From Mya arenaria (taxonomy: Eukaryota): 64,000 nucleotides of DNA. Positions 36,176-49,100 of the stretch are shown here, one piece after another. Both the position numbers and the translations under genes were made by a program. Where the stretch lies: positions 48,673,355 through 48,737,354 of the forward strand of contig NC_069133.1 of the NCBI RefSeq assembly GCF_026914265.1, given 5' to 3'. The notes beneath the pieces were generated by a model. That model worked only from the letters and a program-made list of their open reading frames with translations, made no database searches and had not been told where the DNA came from. Every line of letters starts with the position of its first letter. Position 1 is the stretch's first letter.

Positions 36176-37071
36176 GTAAACTCGTGCCGCTGCTGGAAAA
36201 CGGTACACTGCACGTGTCCATTCTGACGATGCTCGCGGTGACATTCGAACGCTACTTTGCCCTCTGCCATCCCCTTAAGCAGCATATGGTTTGCACAATC
36301 TCAAAGACAGTCAAGTGTCTTCTCCTCATATGGGCGGTTGCCGTGTTTTTGACAGTACCTTTTCCCGTAATGACTGTCCTTGAAGATGCTACTTTCTATG
36401 ACGGAACTCCTACTAAAGTGTGTAGAACCAAAATAAACTCCTCGTGGAAATATGGTTATACTATTTTCGTTGTAGTCGCCTTTTTTGCCATTCCATTGAT
36501 TATTCTAGTAAGTATTTATATCAAAATCATTCATCAGCTCATGTCAGATACATTGAATAAGCTGACACAAAATAAAAGATCAGCTTTACAGACAATCGCG
36601 AGACGACAAGTTGTGTATATGCTTATTCTAATTATGGTTCTCTTTTTTGTAACTTTATTCCCAATACGTGTTTTAACGCTGTGGTTAATATTCAGCCCGG
36701 CTGAAAATGTCTACACAATTGGATTAGAGGCATTTCTGAATTTAATTTCTTGGTCCAGAATCCTTATGTATGTCAACAGTGCGGGAAACCCGATCATTTA
36801 TTGTCTGACATCAACAAAATTTAAAATGGCATTTAAGCGCTTACTAAAACGTAATGATGGTTATCTTTATGTTAGCTACAATACAATGACTGCAAGATTC
36901 AATGTTCATCGGGCATATAAAGGTGATCCAGAGAGGGCCCGAACGATCACCAGAAAACCAATAGATATATCATCATCGAAATCCACCACGTCAGGATCTA
37001 AACCAGCTGGTGACGACCAACACCAAGATGTTGACAAACTGAATGGAAGTACCAGGCACAGTTTTGATTGA
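36176..37071 (+). CDS. Class A GPCR, exon 2 (TM3-TM7 plus C-tail). It carries ERY and NPxxY motifs and is neuropeptide-receptor-like, of the ghrelin/neuromedin-U/TRH receptor superfamily type.
   Basis: Acceptor attttcag| at 36174-36175. Phase 1 joins T+GT into TGT, the conserved TM3 Cys of ...EAMCKLVPLL.... Motifs present: TFERYFALCHPLK and NSAGNPIIYCL. Stop at about 37069-37071. Confidence 0.8.
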
Positions 37072-37920
37072 TATACTGTGTTTCTTAATAACAATTAATT
37101 GATATCATCTATAGGCGCAAACAACTGGTTTTCTTTGGAATAACCTTCTTTTTGGTTAAGTAGATGCAACCAATTTTCTTAAACGGGTTAATCATTTAAC
37201 GGTAAAACAATTTTGATGAAGTTGTTGTTTGGTTGTTGTGTTTGTGTATGTTGTATAAGTTAGATCTTGGTGTTTGTGTATTGTTAGTTAATATGTTTGT
37301 GTCAATAGTGCATTGTCGTTTGAGCCATTGCCTTGTGCCCTAAACAGGGTTATTTTTTGAATTTTCGACTACTGGGCTTGCCCCTGTATTTTTCATTGTA
37401 TTATTTTATCCTTTACCTTATGAAGTGTTTAAATATATATATTCAATATGGCGAGTAGCTTGATTTGTTTTAATGTATTTATATGTCAAAAGACAGTGTA
37501 TATTTTACGTGAATAAAATAATATTCAATACTGTTTTGTTATATGATAGTTGGTAATTAGAATTGTTTCGCAAAAGATCAAGATTCTAGAAAATTGCCTT
37601 TTTATATAACAATAAAATGAAGTGATATATTAAGGTGATATCATCTGTTTTGTGGAGAAATAATTAAGTTGTATAAATAGTTGTTAAAGAATCTCTTAAA
37701 ATAAGATCAAGCTTACTAAATATCAATCCTTAATTACATTTATAAGCCATGTTCACCTTCTCATTTATTATTTATTGATTTTTTTGTCTTTTTTGTGTGT
37801 TTTTTTCTACATATTTGTATGTTGTAATTTGTATTTATAGCTGTTTATTATCATTGCTCATACACGTTGACAAATTGTATTATAAAATGTATGTGTTGTG
37901 TCGATGTACTATGTGCAAGT

Positions 37921-37952
37921 CAATAAACTGTCTGTCTGTCTATCTGTCTGTC
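37921..37952. repeat. (CTGT)n/(CTAT) tetranucleotide microsatellite.
   Basis: ctgtctgtctgtctatctgtctgtctat. Confidence 0.9.
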
Positions 37953-40249
37953 TATATCCAGACGACTGCTACATCATCAGTATATACGATAAATTCTTCC
38001 ATAGATACATCCCAGTAGGAGAAGAAACATTTCATATCAAAATTATTGCAAATCCTGTCAAGATAATAGTTATAATGGAACACTGAAAACTCTTGGACAA
38101 GCCCAGCAATATACATCTAGGCCACAAACCTGCTTAAAGGCACACTGATCAAGGGAAATAACGCCAAAATACAACACACATTTCACAAATGAAAAACAAA
38201 TCCGTTTGGCAAGTCTAAACCAATCCACTAAACACCTTTAGGAAGTATGCTTAACGTACAAGTATGTTAAAGGTATAGTATGTGTCCATGTTACTGCTAA
38301 GTAATACATGTGTTGACTGTAGGGTACAAGCGTACGTGATTCTTCTAAACCTATCAAAGGGGTCTCAGGGTGATTCGTTCTTCTTTTTCTTTTATGTCCG
38401 ACCCGAGATGTAATCGCCCAAACGACACGAACAGTGTCCAAGAACATTGTTTTGGGGATGAAATCCACGCTACCTAACATCCGAGGGGACAGAGAACTAC
38501 ACGAGAACGAAATGGTGGATGGTAAAAGAACGATGCGTGCATGATTTACAGTGAAAATATTTTTTGATATTGTAAACAATTCTACTTCCGGTTCCCGATA
38601 TAAGGGTTTTTTATGCCAGTTACGCGTTCCGAATCGACTAGATTCTATCCTGGGAATAAACGCACAAAGACGCCAAGTACATTTTTAAGTGAATTCTTAA
38701 ACTCTGCAAACACTCTACAAAATACTTTCTTATATAACTCGTGTACATGTATAACTCTATCACATCAATGAACACCGTTTATGTAAGATATTGTCATTCA
38801 ATGTCATGATTTATACTTTGTTATAGGATTTTGTTTCTTATTCTTATACCGATAACGTCGCCTTCGTTGGCCTACGATAGCAAATGTTCGGAATGGTTCT
38901 CAAAACTATTTCATTTGCGAAACAAGGCCAAACGTATTAACAGAGTTGTGTTCAATCCTTTATTTATACATACACGTAAAGCACATAATTTTATATAAAC
39001 AGCATTTGAAACAATATTCCTAGGATGATGCGACAATGTCCCAATTACCTAATTTATCTAACTTCAGCAATAGAATGTTCAACACGCGTCCGATATCGCC
39101 TGGTATACGTACTCGACTTCGCACTTTTGCTTCCTTGCAGCTGTGTTGAGTCTATGAGTGTTCACAGATTGGGTAGATTGCATCGCTAAGGAGACTGCGC
39201 TCTTTGGGAAAATGAAGCAATAAACCAACTATATTTTCATTTAATATAGGAGAACCTCTGGTGTTTCCGTTTGCGTTTCAACAGACAATAAATATTGGCA
39301 TGGACATTAACCCACACACTCTGTCACCAGTTCAAGATGATTTGTTAATATATAATTTATTGTCTTCTCAAGGTATAAACCCATTACTTTTACCTAGTAG
39401 TTGAAGGTATTTATCCCACAATCGAATATGATCGACATTATGTCCCATAACACTTGTACGTTGGTTTATCACGAGTAGGTTATAAACGACTGAGTTATTG
39501 TCTGCACGCAACCTCATCTGGGCGTCACCGGCGACAACAGAAATATCATGTGTCGAAATTTTGAACGACAAAAACAACTGATATGACCTAAATGTATTGC
39601 AGTACTTTGGCATATGTAACTATCAATCATCGACATCCAAATAGGATAGGGGTAAGCGAAAAATAGCTTATTTCAATATATCGTTTAACAATCGAAGGTA
39701 CGGAAATATTGGATCATATGTAAAGGGTTGTTCGAAAACACATTTTGCTTGTTTCGTTTATGAAACTCGTAACAATTATGCCGCATTTTGACGTTCTTAT
39801 GTAACTTGTATAAATGTCAGTCGTATGAAATTGATTGACTTGCATTTTCTTTGTGAAACATCCCATTGTTTTACAAATGACGATCTTGCCTATATGCGTT
39901 TGAAAATTAAATGGCAATCTTTCAAATTTTTATTGGCTAAGTTGATTGCATAGTTTTCATATTCGGAATATTAAAAAAATTGCTTGTCTTTAGAATAATG
40001 TTCTTTTGACTTTACAGTACATTTAACGCTGGTTGTTCATTTCAAACGATAAAAGTACTCTTTTTTTACAATTTTGCCGAATAATTCTAAATATAATAAT
40101 TATCATTTAACTCACAAAACTTTTTTGCATTAAAATATTTAACACTTTGAATCCTGGTTATTCTTTTTCACGCCTTCTTATCTACAAGGGGAAGTAAATT
40201 AATACATATTTAAAACCATGGTCCTGATTATAAGTTAGCACTCAACCTT

Positions 40250-41260
40250 TTTAAGAAAAGTATTCATCCCTCCATTTTGTAACAAAAATATTTGGAAAAG
40301 ATGTTTTTATTGAGTGGCGATGCGAAATCGTCTTCAAAGTTCGATCCTAGCTGATGTTGCACATGTCTCGCGGCATAACCCAGAAAATGTATAATAATAG
40401 AACAGTACGGCAAATTAAATAGGGTGTTTTAATGTTACATACACTGTTGTAAGAAGCAACATAGCGCTGCAATGAAACGCTTGCATCATTTATGTTCTAT
40501 TCTGATCAGTTTTAATAAGCATTGAACATCAGACATATAAATCTAGAATTTTGCGACATAACAGACATTTTTTAGATAAAACATCTGGAATTATAACAGT
40601 TACAGTTTACTGAAGCTATAGATGCCAATAAAATTAGTACAATTAATTTCATAAACGTCTTCTGCAGACATCTATTAAATATTATAAAGCCTCTAAAACA
40701 ATTAGTGGGAGTTATTGTAGCCCTCTGGTACCGCGCCCTTTACGCTAAGCCGTTCAATCGTAAAACAACCACGTCTGAGTGATGATACAGGTTTTATTAT
40801 TAGCAATCATTTATGTCTTAGTTGTCAATTTATTCTATATATTTATATCATTTGTTCGATTAAACGAGAGCAAAGCTAACTCTCAGATCTTAACCAGGCA
40901 TCAAGTCGGTCCGTAGACCTAACGATGAAACCCAATTACAATACCTCAGATTTTAACCACTTTGCAGAATATAACCCAGACTTAGATTGACTGACTGACT
41001 CAAAACTTTATTGATAACTTACTAACCAACTATCAAGGTCTAGATAAGTGTCTTTATACTTCCCAATTGATCCAAATTGCAGTTGACCATTCAAAAGTGT
41101 TTCTCGATAGTAAAACGACTTTATGTGATGCCTTTATCCTCACCTGAAAATAATCAAAGGATTTTACTGGTTATCACCACAAACTGGAGCTTGTCAACCA
41201 ATTGTTTTTATGGACGTAAATCTAGCTAGGTTAAACATTTTCAATCGTAAAGTGGTCATG
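40250..41260 (+). repeat. Interspersed repeat of ~1 kb. A second copy lies at 56140-57150 and a partial copy at 55060-55560.
   Basis: Collinear similarity, e.g. gatgcgagatcgtcttcaaagttcgatcctag..., ttaaccactttgcagaatataacccagact and gattttactggttatc(a/g)ccacaaa. Confidence 0.75.
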
Positions 41261-41859
41261 ATTCCCAGATAACAAAACATTTAATATGTCCCTACTTTAA
41301 CGTCTTCCAAGTCAAGTGCTGTATAACGTGGTCTTTAATAGATGGAAGTGATTAAGCTGATAATGGTCCATCGCTGATGTATTTACACTGTCTATATTAC
41401 TGTGTTTTTTTCCTGGTTTCCTAGCAAATATTTATTTGTACAGTCATTCTAAGTGACCGGACACGAGTCCCTTGAAAAGAGTCGGATTTGACTATTTTTT
41501 AAATTCTGAAGATATCGGCTAGGTTGTTAGCTTTAAAATTTTATCCCGGAATATATCACAATCGTTGTCATAGACAGTAGTCGTAAATATTAAAATATAT
41601 ACAGCTTTGCATCGGCCTCAAATAACTTGACGCGTCAGGCAAAAAAAAATAATACCTGTGTCTCCGGTAACATGGCGGTAAAAAATAGGGTCGGTCGGTC
41701 GGGATATTTTTTTTTATTTTTTTTTACAGTTTCCATATCATGCAATTTTCTGTTGCATCAGATCAATAATTTTAACTAAGCTTATCATAATATACAAAAA
41801 GTCAGAGAAAAACAGTATTGTTAAATGTCTGAAATCATTTTCTTACCTTCGACTACCGT

Positions 41860-42790
41860 ATTTTCCCGCCAATTTTGCCCATGAAATCTGGTGTTGTTCA
41901 TATACAATACTCGTTTATAAGTCGCGATCGGGTTTTAGAACAAATCCAGCACTTCAATTTCTACAAATCTGTGATAATGTAAATAATTGATAATGTTCTA
42001 GCCAAACAGTCAATTATTAACTAAATAAATTTTGTTAATTTGCTTGAGGAAAATCGCCGATTTTCATGTCAACTGTGAGTTCCTTAAACTAGGCCTTCAA
42101 GTGGATGTAGGTTAATAATAGAACAAGTAAACGCGGATATGGATTTATTTTACGTATCTTATTTTCGTACAATCAAAGTTTCATTCATATTAATAGTGAA
42201 TTCAAAAATTTCGGTCATTGTTTTAAGATTCCCAGACGACGATTATTGATTTTTTTTCGATCGTATGGTATTTTCTTACCAGCTTAGGCGAAATCCTGGC
42301 AATCAAATGGGATCATACGGTATCCGACCGACCGAATTAAATACAAACCATAGCTACGCGCCTTTGATCTTATCACCGCTCCTGCTCTGACGTCACAAAT
42401 TGTACGGTTTGATCTACAGCCGACACATTCCAATAAATGTGTTGTTAACTTTCGCAAGTTATTGTTTGGATTTCAGTTGATAGGACTTAAATAAGGCGAA
42501 ATAAATAACCATTGATATTTGCGGATACATTAATGTAACGATTAATGAAATGCGTATTGGAACCTGGCAGTTAGGCTGCATAAATTCGCAAAGCCTAATC
42601 GTAAGAAGCCTGCATGATATACGCAAAGCCTTATCGTAAAAAAATAAGTTTTATTTTGGACATGGATAAATAACACTGCGAACTATAATCCTAAATATTT
42701 TCATTATAAAGACAGCAAAATATATATGTCTTTTGTGATCAACCACGTGTTTGGACCGTAAACATGCGTTTACCAATTTGAAGATACCGG
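41860..42790 (+). repeat. Second copy of the ~850-bp interspersed repeat first seen at 12195-13040. Here it is bracketed by inverted motifs ggtcggtcgg...ttaccgga.acaggtattttttttt at 41645-41720 and 42965-43040.
   Basis: Alignable to 12195-13040 by eye. The flanking motifs are reverse complements of one another, which suggests a ~1.4-kb TIR-bounded non-autonomous element. Confidence 0.6.
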
Positions 42791-44983
42791 ACAGGGTTCG
42801 CCGCCCTCCGCCATTTTGTTTTCCTGTTGACAAAGAGTCTCGGTTATACATACTCAGGAATGAAAGTTTATTCTCCAGGGACGTAGAAAAAAGGCAAACA
42901 ACGATATATTTAAGAAATATTTTTTTACAATAGAATTTAAAGAAAATATTTTTTTTTTCCTTTATGTCTAAAAAAAGATAAGGGTCGGCGAGAAAAAAAT
43001 AGCGTCGGTCGGGTTACCGGAAACAGGTATTTTTTTTGGCCTCAGGTTCATTAACAATATCACTAAATGCGTCGTTTATATAAAAGTTCATAATGAACTA
43101 ATGAGTGCTAATATAATCCTTTCTTGATGTCCATCTCGTATCTGAGAGAATAGTGAGAGTCTGTCCTTTTGAAGCATACTGAAAATTGACATATTCGTTT
43201 TCCTCCTCACACTCTGATGAGTCGGCTAAAAGGTCCGCCACTGCACTTTTAAATGACTTGTGTCGTTTGCGAGGTTGTGAAAAAAGAAAGTTAGTTGTTG
43301 AAATTTGTTCATAAAAATGCGAATCGATGGCACCTGGGTGCATGATGTGATAACTACTAGATTTAATCAATGACTATTAACTTGTTTAATGTATTTAGCA
43401 TGCAGATAAAAGTCAGTAATCCGAGTCTGATCGCCACTTACTTGGCCACTCATTGGCGATGCACCATCAAACATTTTCCCTCGACAATCGTTAGGTCTAG
43501 GTACAATTGTTGTTGACTGTGGCGATGTAAACTTCGTAATCTTTGGTGTTCTTTTCAGATGTCAGGAAATAAATTCATCATATGTGCTTATCCATTCCTT
43601 AAAGAACTTATAATTGCCGTTCTCGCGGTTTAGGTCTTTTAACAATCTCCCTCTGAAAGGAATTCCACGTGATGAATGTTTTATAATAGTTTTGATTATA
43701 TCCATAAGAACATGTCTGTGTTCGCTTATTTTAAAACGCGCGTCAACTGAGTGTTAAACAAGCGTTCTTTACACTTAGCAACTCCAGATATTTGTATTGA
43801 TAAGTTTATACATGCCGCCTATATTTTAGCATATCTGAAATGGAAAATGCAAAAATTAATTAATTAAATTAGTATATATTGTTGTCTAGGATATTACATA
43901 TCTAGAACATTTGAAATTTATGCGGACTCGTTTGAACAATACGGAGTCCTATTCTATGAATAGAGCGTGTCGTCAGTACTCGAGCAAAAAGGCCTTGCTG
44001 TATTGTTTGATACAATAAGTCCCGGCAGTGCTAAATTTTCTGTATCTACGGCATAACTCATAATTAAATGTGTCATTGTAGTCGTTCCTCGAATTCAGAA
44101 GTCGATTTTATTAGTTTTCATATCATTAGCTATTCTTATTTATTTTATGTGTTTTTTTTTCGCTCTCCAAATTGGCGGTGTGCGTCAGTGTGGCTACGGC
44201 GCTGTCATGTCGAGGAACCGTCTACTGATATTGAAAACCAACAACAACTGTAAAACAAATTGACGGAACGATATGACTGCTTCACTAATTGTATGGCATA
44301 GTCGTTAAGAACATACTATTCTACAAAAAGGGGAAACGATGCTATTTTTGAAAATATATTGATTAATCAACTATTAAAGGCTGGTATAAAGAATAGCATG
44401 TAATGATGAATTTGTACAAGAAATAGTTCTTTAGTAAGTATTAATCATTAAGATAACACACGATATGATTGCACCTGCAGTAAATGAACACAGTGAAACA
44501 TCCTGAAAGTCTATTTTTAAGGTCATACATAATTGAGTTTGAACACTGCTTGTCCTAGTGGTTTGTATACATGTTAATTTCTAGAGGTTGCGTACAGAAC
44601 TTTCTATCCTTGCGATAAGTAAAGGTAGGGTGTGAGCTCTTGAGATTCAAATTAAAGTCATATCATTGGAGTCTATGTAAACGTATCATAGATTTATAAC
44701 AAGAGGCACAAAGAACGACGCCAAAGTTCAGTTACTTCTCACTTCACCCATTGTCAAGTGAAGTAAGGAGAAATAATTCCAAATTTGTTGACTTATCATT
44801 AATTGTACAATATTTTTTTCACTTTCAAATCGAGCGGTAGTCATTGTTACAAATCAATTCTAGCTAATGAAAAGAAGCGATGATTTTTGTTTTATATATT
44901 TGAATCATAAGATAGCCACGACACGTTACAACACAATAAAAGCTACATGGACAAGAACTTTTGTCATAAATTTAGATATAAAC

Positions 44984-45640
44984 CCTGTTGTTTTTTCTCA
45001 TTTATTTTGAATATAGTTATTGTAATAACTGAAAAGCAATCTGAAACACATTATAAATCTGATATAGATTTAAACGTTGTTGTTTTTTCTCATTTATTTT
45101 GAATATAGTTATTGTAATAACTGAAAAACAATCTCAAACACAATATAAATCTGATATAGATAAAAACGTTGTTGTTTTTTCTCATTTATTTTGAATATAG
45201 TTATTGTAATAACTGAAAAACGATCTCAAACACATTATAAATCTGATATAGATATAAACGTTGTTGTTTTTTCTCATTTATTTTGAATATAGTTATTGTA
45301 ATAACTGAAAAACAATCTCAAACACATTATAAATCTGATATAAATAAAAACGTTGTTGTTTTTTCTCATTTATTTTGAATATAGTTATTGTAATAACTGA
45401 AAAACAATCTCAAACACATTATAATTCTGATATAGATGTAAACGTTGTTGTTTTTTCTCATTTATTTTGAATATAGTTATTGTAATAACTGAAAAGCAAT
45501 CTCAAACACATTATAAATCTGATATAGATATAAACGTTGTTGTTTTTTTCTCATTTATTTTGAATATAGTTATTGTAATAACAGAAAAACAATCTCAAAC
45601 ACATTATAAATCTGATATAGATATAAACGCTGTTCAGAGG
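44984..45640. repeat. Tandem repeat, 92-bp unit x ~7.
   Basis: gttgttgttttttctcatttattttgaatatagttattgtaataactgaaaaacaatctcaaacacattataaatctgatatagatataaac is repeated with point differences. Confidence 0.9.
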
Positions 45641-46136
45641 CACAAGGTAAGGGCCTTAACGACACTGTTACAGAAGAACAACCGTACAAGCAGACGACAA
45701 ACCCATTCAAATAGCATTATAAATAGATGATGGGATTACCGCCTTGAAACGGGCCGTGAAACACACTGGAGCACATGTGTATCACTGGGGATTCTAACTA
45801 GTTTACATGCGGATAACCACACACATGTTTCCACATTTATCATCGGAGTCAGCATTAACTTGAAAGCAATAAAAAAAAATAATAACATATAAACTTTTCA
45901 GTTACTACAAGTACTTAACGACTGAATGATTCAAATCGGAGAAACAATGCTTATTTTATAAAAGGTAACATAAAGGCATTCAAAGACATCTTTCTGACAT
46001 AGATTGTCCTAACAAACTCAAAATTAAAACATTACTGTAATGGTGAATACATCATCGTACAAACCAGGAAGAAAAACATATATAAATATATAATTAAACA
46101 AAAATAACATAATATCTAATGTTCTTTGATATATCA

Positions 46137-49100
46137 AGACGAAATGAACATACGGATAAGGCGGCATCGGGTGACAGAAACGGTCTTAAGGATAAGGAAA
46201 CGGTATTTGTCCCAGAATCGACAAATGTATAAAGTGTATGACCTAATGACATGAATGACCTACACACAGAATTTGCATTTTGGTCCATTTCATATAGTTT
46301 TGTGGTATTCGTCCGAAAGAGTGCTCTTTAAAATTTAATTTACAGAACACACACTTGCATTCAAAAGAAAATGTACTGTAAAATATAGTATATATACTGT
46401 AAGTATTTTTAAAGGGGCCAAAAATCTTGAAACGTTCCGAATGAAATTGTCTTTTGACTTGGTAATTTTGTAGCCAAAAAGTCAATTGAAGTTACTTTTT
46501 TATATAATATACTTCTTCCTTGAGACGATATAATCAATAAGCAGCAATACACTAGTCATTTCGTAGTCTCAAATAGTCTGAAAAAACCCCAATTCATTAT
46601 TCAATTTTGCCGAAAAAACTTTTTTCATTTGACGGCAAATATGGATATCGAACAACTTCTGATAAAATATCTCCACGTAAAATGTGCAAACTTCTTAACA
46701 CATCAAAACTTGTAGCACGGAATATACGTTTAACATTTTCAACAGATTGTTTCTACAGTTTAAAATTATCAAATACAAAAACGTTTTCATTGTTGGCCTT
46801 CCCCACCGAAGTGTACTGCTGCAGGTCATCTGATCACCATGCATTTTGCACAACAGTAATGAGGCATATTGTCATTTATGATTCAGCTCACAATTACTCT
46901 TTAATGTGAATTCATTCAACACTATGGAATAACATTTAAGTAGCACTCTAGTTCATGCAACATCATCCGAACATTAATTGCATATTTGTTATAAACAATA
47001 ATTAGCGAAGAAGAAGCTGTGATAATAGTAGCATAAATAAATTGCAAGAAGAAGATATCTTTTAAACCTGATATATATGACAAAAATCGGTTAGCAAACA
47101 CATACGTGAATACCGTTGCAAACATTCTATGGAATACGAATCGAATACCATAGATTTCTATGAAAATGCTTACAATCATTTTTTTCCAAATAAATCGCCA
47201 CAAAATCTATGCCATCTTTTATATTTAACACATACCTGAAAGGCAAAAAACATGTAATTAGTCAACGTTCAATTTTATATCTTAATCTTAAGTAAATGAT
47301 CTAAGTTTCTAAAGTAATTGATCGGACAAGACAACGTTTTGGTAATTTCTATCCTAAAGGGCGATAATTCAAGAGTGACTTAAGCAATATAGCTGAGATA
47401 CAATGCCAATTCACATTCTAACCAAATTGAATGATGTTAAGTTACTTATCGGAAAGCATACTTGATCCCGAATACCAACCCGTCCGTCGCAGATGAAACT
47501 ATGATACGTCCCGATATGTGAACGGACGTATTAAAAATCTACGCTCAATATACAGTGTATGTCATTCAAACTTAAATATCATTCTATTTTGCTAATGGTT
47601 GAAGGGCAAAACACACCGATTCTAATATGAGTAGTCAGTGTAACATTCCTTTTTTTCTTTTAGTACGCAATAGATTAAATCATGACATCTCAAAACATTT
47701 GCTACTTTCCATTTTCATATTTTTTGGAACTGAATGGTTTGTGATGTAAAAAAAGTGCTGGACATGCTGAATATATATTTGTGTTTATATGTTTACCCCC
47801 ATTGTTTGTTGTAACCCTAAAGAGGATGTGGCCACGTTTCTTAATACATATTGGCTACTACCAACCAATTTGTTTTTCTTATAAAATGTTACATTTTTCT
47901 AACGCTGTTTAACATTTAAAACTGTAGTAAAATTTGTCCAATATACAGTACTGAGGTGTGAAATTCTCGGAATCAGTGTTATTTCGCCTGTAGATGATTA
48001 ATTTACTATTGAATACATATGAGATCAATGTTGACGTCTTTAAATGAAAATGAATATAAAATGAAACGTAAATGGAATAGATATATAAATAGTTAATCAA
48101 ATTCATCTCCCTTAATTAAAGTGATTTTCGCAATTCTTCTTTCATGTCTTAAAACAAAACAAAATATATAGAGGATATTTGTTTATTTCAGTGTAAGATC
48201 GTATTTTATTTCACGAGTGTCATAAAAAAATATATTTTCACGAGTGGCGAAGCCACGAGTGAAAATGTAGTTTTTTTTATGATCACGAGTGAAATTAAAT
48301 ACGATCTTACACTGAAATAAACAAATTTTCTGTTTCTTTTATGCTTATTTTCGGAGTTTTATTTGTTTTTTATTTATTTCTGAATTACCCCCTTTTTTGA
48401 AAAGGGTGGGCTTTACGCCGCTACCCGTGGGGCGCCCCTCATGCATAATTATAGCTGTCAACTTTTCGACTTTCGGTTTGCTGAGAAATAGTTCTCTGCT
48501 ATTCATTCTTATGGCTTAATATTCGCTCGTTTTTTATTGCAAAGCTTTATGAACAGTAAACAATGACGTATTATTAGTGCACATATGTTCCAAAAATAAT
48601 GAAAACACATTTTATTTTAAGATGGACATGAAAACATAATCAAATTACTACGCTGCTATTTAAAGAATGAAAATTTGGAAGGTCAAATGTGTTAGCAAAA
48701 CAAATGTGGATACTCATTGGATTTTAACCATTTTTCTTAGTTTAAGACTGCATGTACGCGTGTTTTTATAGTAAGTTAATATTCAGTCATCTTACTGTCA
48801 GAGACCAGTCTGTTTCGCTTTAAAATGTTTGTTTTCCAGATAAAGAGTAAATGCCACGCTAGTTTGTTGACACATTTTGTTGTGTGGGTGGGGTAAAAAT
48901 ATCGAATCTATCTGTAAATTGTTGTGTGAATTCTCCAGGAAGCTCAATTTACGTACTCCAATGGTTAACAGTTCAAAATACATTTGAACGATGATATAAA
49001 ATTGTATTTATGTTCGAACAGTTGTTTTTGTCTGTAATTTGTTTGGTATGAAAGCAAATGTTCGAACATTCAGCTTCAAAGATCAGTAAAATGTTTGATA

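Noticed and set aside
43098-43370. Minus-strand 90-aa ORF with ...ILSDTRWTSRKD..., reminiscent of the hAT transposase TRWNS motif.
   Set aside because: A single short motif match with no BED or DDE context nearby. This is too little to call a hAT remnant.
45467-45730. 87-aa ORF.
   Set aside because: It lies inside the 92-bp tandem repeat. The translation is internally repeated (NIVIVITEKQSQTHYKSDIDIN x2).
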